NCBI GenBank assembly: GCA_963734475.1
Contig: CAVTHB010000003.1
Location: 60,390-124,389 of the forward strand
Direction: 5' to 3'
DNA length: 64,000 nt
DNA from: an uncultured Nitrospira sp.
GTDB taxonomy: Bacteria > Nitrospirota > Thermodesulfovibrionia > Thermodesulfovibrionales > UBA6898
Of this stretch, positions 56,402 through 64,000 are shown in pieces (position 1 is the stretch's first letter; the number at the start of each line of letters is the position of its first letter). The notes under the pieces were generated by a model that worked only from the letters and a program-made list of their open reading frames with translations, was not told where the DNA came from and did no database searches. Position numbers and translations under genes: made by a program.

Positions 56402-58867
56402 CTTGTCCTTTGGTCGGGAATCTTATCGTGAAGGTGGTCCCCAGGCCTGCTTCGCTTTCGCAGTCGATCGTGCCATTATGCGACTCGACTATCTTATGGC
56501 AGATCGAAAGTCCGAGTCCTGTGCCCTCACCTACGGGTTTGGTCGTGAAGAAGGGATCGAATATCTTTTCAATAATATTATCCGGTATCCCGGGGCCGGT
56601 ATCGCTGACCGATACCTTTATGAAATCGGCATCTTGTCCGGCTGTATCCATCTCCGTGGTTATGACGATACTGCCGGCGGCAGGGGTAAAATACATCGAG
56701 TTAATGATGATATTCATAAAGAGTTGACGGAGGTTGCCGGGGTCAGCGCAGATCTTCGGCAGGTCCCTGTTTAGTCTGAGCTCAATATTGTGTTTGAGGC
56801 GTTTTGCCCTGTGGTTGACAAGGAGTATCACCTCTTTAATCAATTCGTTTATATCCAGATCACGAAACGTCCCGCCGGAAGGCCGTGCAAAATCAAGCAG
56901 GCTTCTGAGGATCCCCTTGCACCGGAACATCTCGTTATGGATTGTCTCAAGGTATTCAGGGAAGTCTTCAAACTCTTTGTTCTCAAGGAGAGACCGCTCT
57001 TTTGCCCTGTCGAGAAGGGCCTCAGAGTAGCCGGCTATGATGCCAAGCGGATTATTGATCTCGTGCGCAATCCCGGCAACAAGGGTGCCCAGGGACGCCA
57101 GCTTCTCAGAGCGGATGAGCTGCTGTTCAAGCTGCTTCTGAGCTGTGACGTCCTTGAGATAGTGGACGATCGAATATAGTTGTCCTTCTTCGTTTATCAA
57201 GGGGTAAGCCCAGAAATGAAAGATGCTCCTGCCTGTCCCCTTTAGTTCGCGAAATGAGGGTTTTTTTGTGCGGATGGTGGCCCCGCAGAGACAGTCGGTC
57301 TCGTGTATGCCGATCCTGTCGAGAAGTTCCCAGCAACGTTTTCCTGTCACTTCCACTGACGAGAACCCTGTTGTCGAGAGCAGGGTAAAGTTGGCGCGAA
57401 GGATGCGCTGTTTTCCGTCCTCTATCCAGACCATATCGGTTATTGCGTCAAAAGTCTTCTCCCATTCCTTTTTCTCTTTTGATATCTCTTCAAAGAGAAG
57501 GGCATTTTCCAGGGCAATGGATATATGTTTTGCAATGGGGACCAGTATATTGAGGTCTTTTTCAGAATATTTTGCAGGCTCGGTGCTGTCGAGGTTGAAG
57601 ACCCCGAGGGTCCTGTCATGGAAGAGGGGGATGCTGATCGTCGACCTGATGCCTTCCTCGAACAATTTTCTGTCCAGCGGAAACTCTGTTTCTGCCAGGT
57701 CATAACTGATCCAGGGTCTGTTATTTTTTACGACCCAGCCCGCGCTTGTACCCTCTATCGGCGCCTTGACGCCCTTCTTCAGAAATGTCTTTATCTGGGT
57801 ATCAAGGGCAAAGATCAGAAAGTTGTTGTCTTTTTCATTATAGAGGAGGAGGCTCGCCCTGCTGTAGTCGACCAGCTTCTTTATCTCAGCGACCATCATC
57901 CTGAAAATGGTCCCTATGCTCAGACTCGAATTAATAATGCCGCTGAGTTCATTAATGAGTTCGATCTGGCCCATCTTGTCCCGGAGTTGTTCGATCAGTC
58001 TTGAGTTTTCTATCGCAACCCCTATCTGGCTGCCGATGGTGCTCAGCAATTGTATGTCCATGGCCGTAAAATAGGAAGCGCTGCTGCTTGCTATGCCAAG
58101 AACACCCATGACGGTACCTTTTGAGGATATGGGCACCCCGGCTATACTCTCGATATGAAGGTCTTTCCGGGTGATTCTCGGGTCTTTTGACGCATTCTTT
58201 ACCAGCAGCGGCCTCCCTGACGCGATGACCTTCCTGCTGAGGGCTTCGCCGGGATTCGTACTCTTCCCCGGATATGCCGACCCTGGACTTCAGACAGAGT
58301 TCGCCTGTCTTGTCGTCTATGAGGTATATCCAGGATTGCTCTGCCTCCATAATATCGGCCAGCATATCGATCGTCTCCTGCATGATCATGTCTGTAGGTA
58401 TATGTCTGGTCAGGATCTTCGCAAGGGTATTGAATATCGACAGCTCTTTTGTCCTCTGTGAAGCTTTTTGCTGAAGTTTTTTCTGGTCTGATATGTCCCT
58501 GATGACAACAAGCTTCTGATCATCCTTTGGCAGGGGTATGACCGACACCTGCGCGATAAATGTATTGCCGTCTTTTCTCCTGCATGGCGATTCATAAGAC
58601 CCGGTGTTGTTATGACCACTCAGGGAAGTCGACGGCAGGGGAGGGGATATGCCAAACTGGAAATCATTCCAGTTGCTTTGGGTCGATCAATATGAAATCC
58701 CGGATGTTCTCTCCGGAGATATCATCGGCAGAGTACTGCAAGGCAGTGGAGGCGCTATTATTGCACGAAAGGACTCTGTCTTTATTGTCGATCAGAAAGA
58801 CAGGCATATCAAGAGAATCAAATGTGTCAAGAAGAAAAGAAGCTGCGCTGTCTATAAGGTTGATCAT
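56394..58867 (-). pseudogene. PAS-GAF-GAF-PAS-HisKA-HATPase sensor histidine kinase with at least 3 frameshifts in the N-terminal third
   Basis: The intact C-terminal 580-aa ORF has the H-box GIAHEINNPL and N/G boxes. The upstream fragments 57952-58548 and 58664-58867 continue the PAS/GAF sequence in other frames. Confidence 0.85.
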
Positions 58868-58973
58868 TTTTTATTATAACATGCTGCCCTTAACCGGGGT
58901 CTGAGTATAATGTTGCTTATTCACCCCCGGGCTTGACGGAGTCAGGTATTAAGTTGCTGCGGCAGCAGGTTTA

Positions 58974-59720
58974 TCAGGGAACAGGTTTAATCTGAACACC
59001 CATGTCCCCCAGTGCGAATTGTATGACGGAAACAGCGGCGATGGCCGCTGTTTCCGCCCTTAGAATCCTGTTGCCCAGGGTAGCGGTGAGAAACCCTTTC
59101 GCGGATGCGCTCAAGGCCTCCTTTTCGGAAAAACCGCCTTCAGGTCCGATGAGCAGACAAATCTTGCCTGCAAAGGAAAGCCTGTTTAGAATGCCGGAGA
59201 GTTCCTCTCCTGCCCGTTCCCAGAAAATAATCCCTTTTCCTGAAGTCAGCGCGGGGTAATTGAAGATGTCCTCAAAAGAACAAGTTTCGAATATTTCCGG
59301 GACCATGGTCCTGCCTGACTGTCTTGAGGCTTCCTCAGCTATCTTTTTCCAACGGGGATGTTTTCTGGTCTCCCTGACCTGGCTTCTTTCCGTTACTGCC
59401 GGGATTATAGCAGTCACACCGAGCTCTGTTGCCTTTTGGATTACAAAATCCATTTTTTCGCCTTTAAGAAGCCCCTGAGCCAGAATTATATCCAGACCGG
59501 ATTCAGTATTCATAATATAATCGCCTGTGACCTCGATGGTCACAATTTTTTTTGACGCGGTGAGAATTTGAGCAGCGTATGAAGAGCCACTTTCATCAGT
59601 TACAATAATGCGGTCTCCTGATTTGCATCGCAGCACAGAAGAAAGATAATGCGCTTTTTCATTCCCGACAACAACAGGATGATCTGACAAAGATGCTTTC
59701 AGGAGAAATATCCTATGCAT
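58974..59720 (-). CDS. rsmE: 16S rRNA (uracil1498-N3)-methyltransferase
   Basis: RsmE pattern: an N-terminal PUA-like domain and the C-terminal LIGPEGGFSEKE SPOUT motif. Confidence 0.85.
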   Translation of the reverse strand: MHRIFLLKASLSDHPVVVGNEKAHYLSSVLRCKSGDRIIVTDESGSSYAAQILTASKKIVTIEVTGDYIMNTESGLDIILAQGLLKGEKMDFVIQKATELGVTAIIPAVTERSQVRETRKHPRWKKIAEEASRQSGRTMVPEIFETCSFEDIFNYPALTSGKGIIFWERAGEELSGILNRLSFAGKICLLIGPEGGFSEKEALSASAKGFLTATLGNRILRAETAAIAAVSVIQFALGDMGVQIKPVP

Positions 59721-59742
59721 TCATTACCAACTAAACTGAGGG

Positions 59743-59882
59743 TTAACCACAGAGTCCACTGAGGCTGCCGGCAGGAGAATAGTCCACAGAGGTTACTATC
59801 TTTTCTTTTTCATTACTCTTTTGTGAGCAGTTTTGTTGTTCAATAAGCATTGAGTTTTCTCTGTGCTCTCTGTGGTGAAAAC
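59743..59882. repeat. Family B inverted-repeat element, complete copy
   Basis: The arms are ttaaccacagagtccactgagg ... ttctctgtgctctctgtggtgaaaac. Confidence 0.7.
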
Positions 59883-59930
59883 TTTTACAACATCAAACAT
59901 AAAACTGAAACGCCGGAAAGACGATAAATC

Positions 59931-61022
59931 TCAGTTTTCAACGCCGGTAAACAGATCTTTCAGTTTTGTCTTGAAACTCTTTGCTATCTCATCACCATTT
60001 ATGGATGAAAATTCCTCCAGGAGTTCCTTTTGCCGGTGTGTCAATTTTGTCGGCACCTCGACATATACCCTGACGATCTGGTTGCCCCTTTGGTGGCTTC
60101 CGACCCTTGGTGCTCCTTTGCCTTTGATGGTGAAAAGTTTGCCTGACTGAGTTCCTGAAGGTATCTTCAGTTTAGTAGTGCCGTCAATCGTAGGAACCTC
60201 AATCTCTGTCCCAAGGGCCGCCTGCGGGAATGATACCGGCACTTCACAGAATATTTCGGTCCCTTCTCTTTTGAAAAAGGGATGTTCTTCGACGTTCAAG
60301 ACAACATAAAGGTCGCCGTAAGGTCCGCCGAATTCACCGGGCTCTCCTTCCCCGCTTACCCTGAGCCGTGAGCCTGAATCAACACCCGCGGGAATTTTCA
60401 GGGAGATACTCTTGTGTTCCTGGGTCCTTCCTGAGCCCCTGCACTTCTTGCAGGGGTGGGTAATCCTTTTTCCTGTGCCCTGGCATTTACTGCAGGCTTT
60501 TGAAACACTGAAAAAACCCTGCTGAAACCTGATCTGCCCGGCGCCTTTGCATGAAGGACAGGTCTCCGGTGCTTTTCCCGGCTCAGAGCCATTCCCTTTG
60601 CACTCCGTGCAGGTCTCCCATTTTGGGAAATCTATTGTTTTTTCAGTGCCGAATACCGCCTCGGAAAGTGAAATACCGAGGTCATACCTAAGGTCGCTGC
60701 CTTTTGCAGGTCTTTGCCTTCTTGTACCCCCGAAATTTCCGAAGAAATCACCGAAAATATCCTCGAAAATATCTCCAAACCCTGCGCCTGAATAACTCCC
60801 ACCCATGCCTTCGGCAGTTCCGAACCTGTCATAATGAGCCCGTTTTTCCGGATCGCTCAGGCAGGAATATGCCTCGTTGATCTCTTTGAACTTCTCCTCG
60901 GATTCCTTATTGTCAGGGTTCCTGTCCGGGTGGTATTTCATCGCCAGCTGCCTGAACGCTTTTTTAATATCCTCGGCAGTGGCGTCCCGGGAGACACCCA
61001 GTATTTCGTAATAATCTTTCAT
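59931..61022 (-). CDS. dnaJ: Molecular chaperone DnaJ
   Basis: It has the J-domain YYEILGV...HPDRNP, a G/F region, and four CxxCxGxG zinc-finger repeats. Confidence 0.95.
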   Translation of the reverse strand: MKDYYEILGVSRDATAEDIKKAFRQLAMKYHPDRNPDNKESEEKFKEINEAYSCLSDPEKRAHYDRFGTAEGMGGSYSGAGFGDIFEDIFGDFFGNFGGTRRQRPAKGSDLRYDLGISLSEAVFGTEKTIDFPKWETCTECKGNGSEPGKAPETCPSCKGAGQIRFQQGFFSVSKACSKCQGTGKRITHPCKKCRGSGRTQEHKSISLKIPAGVDSGSRLRVSGEGEPGEFGGPYGDLYVVLNVEEHPFFKREGTEIFCEVPVSFPQAALGTEIEVPTIDGTTKLKIPSGTQSGKLFTIKGKGAPRVGSHQRGNQIVRVYVEVPTKLTHRQKELLEEFSSINGDEIAKSFKTKLKDLFTGVEN

Positions 61023-61051
61023 TTATAGTTTTCCTGTTTATATAGAATATT

Positions 61052-61093
61052 ATAATCCCCCTTTCCTTTTCGCAGGAAGAAAAGGGGGATTAT
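61052..61093 (-). terminator. Strong stem-loop between dnaK and dnaJ (attenuator or terminator candidate)
   Basis: ATAATCCCCCTTT...AAAGGGGGATTAT is an inverted repeat with arms of at least 13 bp. AT-rich sequence follows it on the minus strand. Confidence 0.45.
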
Positions 61094-61119
61094 ATTCTGC
61101 ACTGACTGCACACAGCCCT

Positions 61120-63036
61120 CTACTGTTTATCTTTGTCTACATCCTCAAACTCGGCTTCAACGACCTCTTCCTCGCCTTCTTTTTTTGCGGTCTGCTCAGG
61201 TCCTGCTCCGCCGCCGTCTGTCTGTGCCCCCGCAGCCTTGTATATGTGCTCAGCAAGCTTATGGGAAGCAGTAGTAAGTTTGTCCGTTGCCGCCCGTATT
61301 TCAGCCGCATCGCTGCTGGAATCCTTAATTTTTTTGCAATGTTCAAGGGCCTCTTCTATGTCTCTCTTTTCGTCAGCGGAAACTTTGTCGGAATAGTCTT
61401 TAAGTGATTTCTCAACGGAATACACAAGGGAGTCAGCATTATTTTTCGCTTCGACCAGTTCTTTTCTCTTGTGGTCTTCAGCGGTGTGAGATTCGGCGTC
61501 TCGCACCATTTTTTTGATTTCCTCTTCACTGAGTCCGCTGGTGGCTGTTATCCGTATGGACTGTTCCTTGTTTGTGCCGAGGTCTTTAGCGGAAACATGC
61601 AAAATACCATTTGCGTCGATATCGAATGAGACCTCAATCTGCGGCACTCCCCTGGGGGCTGGAGGGATGCCTATGAGTTCAAAATTGCCGAGCAATTTAT
61701 TGTCGGCTGCCATTTCCCTCTCCCCCTGACAGATTTTTATGGTAACTGCGGGCTGGCTGTCCGACGCAGTGGAGAAGATTTGGCTTTTCTTGGTCGGGAT
61801 CGTCGTATTTCTTTCTATTATCTTGGTAAAAATGCCGCCGAGGGTCTCGATGCCGAGTGACAGGGGCGTTACATCGAGGAGCAATACCTCCTTTACATCG
61901 CCTTTGAGGACCGCTGCTTGGATCGCTGCGCCGACCGCGACAACCTCATCAGGGTTGACAGACCGGTTCGGCTCCTTCCCGAAATAATTCTGGACGATCT
62001 CCTGGACCTTGGGCGATCTTGTCTGCCCACCGACCATGATCACCTCATCGATACTCGTCGCCGACAGGTTTGCGTCAGAAAGGGCGTTTTTGCAGGGTCC
62101 TGTAGTCTTCTCGAAAAGATCGCCTACGAGTTGTTCGAATTTCGACCGCGAAATCTTCATAAGCAGGTGTTTTGGGCCGGATGCGTCAGCCGTGACGAAG
62201 GGCAGATTGATTTCTGTTTCTGTTGCAGTCGAAAGCTCTATCTTCGCCCTCTCTGCCGCTTCTTTTAATCGCTGAAGGGCCATTTTATCATTTTTCAGGT
62301 CAATGCCCTGGTCTTTTTTGAATTCTTCGACCATCCAGTCGAGTATTCTCAGATCGATGTCATCTCCTCCGAGGAAGGTATCGCCATTCGTTGACTTGAC
62401 CTCTATTACTCCATCGCCGATTTCCAAAATGGAAATATCGAATGTCCCGCCTCCAAGGTCATAGACAGCGACTTTTTCTTCCTTCTTCTTGTCCATGCCG
62501 TAGGCCAGGGCAGCTGCAGTCGGTTCATTGATAATTCTCAGGACGTTCAGTCCTGCTATTCTTCCCGCGTCTTTTGTGGCCTGTCTCTGGCTGTCATCAA
62601 AGTATGCAGGAACAGTTATGACCGCCTCTGTGACTTTTTCTCCGAGATAATCTTCAGCGGCCTGTTTCAGCTTCTGAAGGATCATGGCGGAGACTTCGGG
62701 CGGAGAGTATTTCTTTCCGAATATCTCCACATGAGCATCGCCATTCGAGGCCTCGACGATCCTGTAGGGAAGTCTCTGTCTTGCGTGGCCGACTTCCGGA
62801 GTATTATATTTTCTCCCCATTAGTCTTTTTATTGAAAAAATAGTATTTTCAGGGTTAGTGATGGACTGCCTCTTTGCAATCTGTCCGACCAGTCTTTCCC
62901 CTTTGTCTGTTATTGCGACTACTGAGGGTGTCGTCCTGTTGCCCTCCTGGTTTGGAATTACTACGGTTTCCCCGCCCTGTACAACCGCAACTACCGAGTT
63001 TGTGGTTCCCAGGTCTATACCAATTGCCTTACCCAT
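61120..63036 (-). CDS. dnaK: Molecular chaperone DnaK (Hsp70)
   Basis: It has canonical Hsp70 signatures ([23 protein letters not shown]). Confidence 0.97.
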   Translation of the reverse strand: MGKAIGIDLGTTNSVVAVVQGGETVVIPNQEGNRTTPSVVAITDKGERLVGQIAKRQSITNPENTIFSIKRLMGRKYNTPEVGHARQRLPYRIVEASNGDAHVEIFGKKYSPPEVSAMILQKLKQAAEDYLGEKVTEAVITVPAYFDDSQRQATKDAGRIAGLNVLRIINEPTAAALAYGMDKKKEEKVAVYDLGGGTFDISILEIGDGVIEVKSTNGDTFLGGDDIDLRILDWMVEEFKKDQGIDLKNDKMALQRLKEAAERAKIELSTATETEINLPFVTADASGPKHLLMKISRSKFEQLVGDLFEKTTGPCKNALSDANLSATSIDEVIMVGGQTRSPKVQEIVQNYFGKEPNRSVNPDEVVAVGAAIQAAVLKGDVKEVLLLDVTPLSLGIETLGGIFTKIIERNTTIPTKKSQIFSTASDSQPAVTIKICQGEREMAADNKLLGNFELIGIPPAPRGVPQIEVSFDIDANGILHVSAKDLGTNKEQSIRITATSGLSEEEIKKMVRDAESHTAEDHKRKELVEAKNNADSLVYSVEKSLKDYSDKVSADEKRDIEEALEHCKKIKDSSSDAAEIRAATDKLTTASHKLAEHIYKAAGAQTDGGGAGPEQTAKKEGEEEVVEAEFEDVDKDKQ

Positions 63037-63038
63037 TT

Positions 63039-63635
63039 TTATTGATCCTCCTCAAAATTGATTTTAATGTCTTCAGATGTATCAGCAGCTTCTTCAGATG
63101 TCTGATCCTGAGCCTTTGTTTGTGGTTTTACCGAGACGGTTACCAGCGAAGGACGCAGCACTTTATCACGGTAAAAATATCCTGCCCGGAGCTCTTCAGC
63201 GACCATCTTTTCCTCAAGGTCTTCCCGCTTCACCTGCGCCATCGCATGATGGACGGAAGGGTCAAACTCTTTCCCGGCGGCTTCTATCTTTGATACCCCG
63301 AACTTCTCGAGGGTCCTTTGCAGTTCTTTAAGGGTCATCTCGACCCCTTGCATCAGCCCCGTTTGGACCTCCTCAGAAGCGTGTTTCAGGGCAAGTTCAA
63401 GGTTGTCTATTATCGGAAGTAATTCATAGACGAGAGACTCATTTCCGTATTTAGCCTGCTCCTCTTTGTCCTTGTTGACCCGTCTTTTGTAATTGTCAAA
63501 TTCCGCATACAACCTCAGGTACTTATTGTTTAATTCTTCGATCTCCGATTTTTCCTGGGTCAACAGCTCCTCAGATTCCTGAGGTCCCGTTGAAGGCGTC
63601 TCAATATTGTATTCATCCATGTCCTGTTCTTCCAA
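63039..63635 (-). CDS. grpE: Nucleotide exchange factor GrpE
   Basis: It has the GrpE pattern ([12 protein letters not shown]...) and sits upstream of dnaK. Confidence 0.9.
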   Translation of the reverse strand: MEEQDMDEYNIETPSTGPQESEELLTQEKSEIEELNNKYLRLYAEFDNYKRRVNKDKEEQAKYGNESLVYELLPIIDNLELALKHASEEVQTGLMQGVEMTLKELQRTLEKFGVSKIEAAGKEFDPSVHHAMAQVKREDLEEKMVAEELRAGYFYRDKVLRPSLVTVSVKPQTKAQDQTSEEAADTSEDIKINFEEDQ

Positions 63636-63655
63636 GGTTCACCTTTCTGTTGTTT

Positions 63656-64000
63656 TTAAGACAGTAATTTTGTTATAAACCGGGCAGTAGAGTCAATGAT
63701 GGAAATCGCCTCCTGATAATTCATTCTCTTTGGTCCGATTATAGCTAGGGTTCCCATAGGCCTGCTCCCTTCCTTATAAGTGGCAGCAACCAGACTGAAC
63801 TGTTTCATCGCGTCAAGGGGATTTTCAGCTCCGATCAGCACCTGTGTGCCTTCGGAATCAGCGATATGGTCGAGAAGATTTATAATAATATGTTTGGCTT
63901 CGAGTGTCTGCAGTAACTCTCTTATTCTGTTAATGTCGCAGAAATCAGGAAGTCTAAGTACCTCGGAAAGACCTGATATATAGACATTGCCCGGGGCTGA
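63656..64000 (-). CDS. hrcA: Heat-inducible repressor HrcA (C-terminal part; N-terminus lies beyond the window end)
   Basis: The minus-strand frame is open from 64000. It ends ...GTLAIIGPKRMNYQEAISIIDSTARFITKLLS, which is the typical HrcA C-terminus. The gene order is hrcA-grpE-dnaK-dnaJ. Confidence 0.85.
   Translation of the reverse strand, partial: SAPGNVYISGLSEVLRLPDFCDINRIRELLQTLEAKHIIINLLDHIADSEGTQVLIGAENPLDAMKQFSLVAATYKEGSRPMGTLAIIGPKRMNYQEAISIIDSTARFITKLLS

Overview
This is a 64-kb bacterial chromosomal segment. An HrcA-GrpE-DnaK-DnaJ operon, RsmE and a sigma-54 activator indicate Bacteria. The gene content suggests an anaerobe, but I cannot assign a lineage by eye. I support about 55 protein-coding genes. 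I recognised no rRNA, tRNA, CRISPR array, transposase or phage genes.

Layout:
- 1-2.4 kb: a partial radical SAM gene and small secreted or lipoprotein genes.
- 3.2-20.4 kb: sugar-phosphate genes (pgi, glk, gnd-like, zwf). Interleaved with them are an ArsS-like radical SAM/Cys-rich gene set (AhpD-like, rSAM, DUF3047, and 9 kb away GT2 plus DUF2064) and a 1459-aa dikinase-like giant protein.
- 20.5-25.6 kb: an HD-GYP-REC-PilZ protein and an M1+M28+PDZ peptidase.
- 26.5-32 kb: a heavily frameshifted block (hybrid histidine kinase, LivK-like binding protein, asnS).
- 32.8-35.4 kb: a GroES-like protein with a histone-H1-like lysine-rich tail, an SBP-fold protein and a hypothetical.
- 35.4-50 kb: two consecutive minus-strand operons. 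They combine a corrinoid methyltransferase set (corrinoid protein, two Zn-motif MtaA/MtbA-like UroD-family methyltransferases, MtrH-like, RACo activator), two tandem HdrDE/DsrMK-like membrane Fe-S modules, and cysteate-synthase-like plus fused sulfopyruvate-decarboxylase (ComDE) genes.
- 50.3-54.9 kb: OsmC, a Gly/Tyr/His-rich repeat protein, an OmpA-like lipoprotein, CobW and a small sulfite-reductase-like gene.
- 55-58.9 kb: a frameshifted NtrC-type two-component pair.
- 59-64 kb: rsmE, dnaJ, dnaK, grpE and partial hrcA.

Most interesting:
- The 35-50 kb supercluster may be a bacterial coenzyme-M-like thiol methyl-transfer and disulfide-reductase system. This is inference.
- The ArsS-like radical SAM gene has a probable selenocysteine UGA followed by a SECIS-like hairpin.
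- The giant dikinase-like gene sits between gnd and zwf.
- There is a GroES/H1-like fusion.
- Several families of phased palindromic intergenic repeats occur, and one copy is translated in-frame as the ComD-ComE linker.

Caveat: single-base frameshifts are strongly clustered in two blocks. They may be assembly artefacts.
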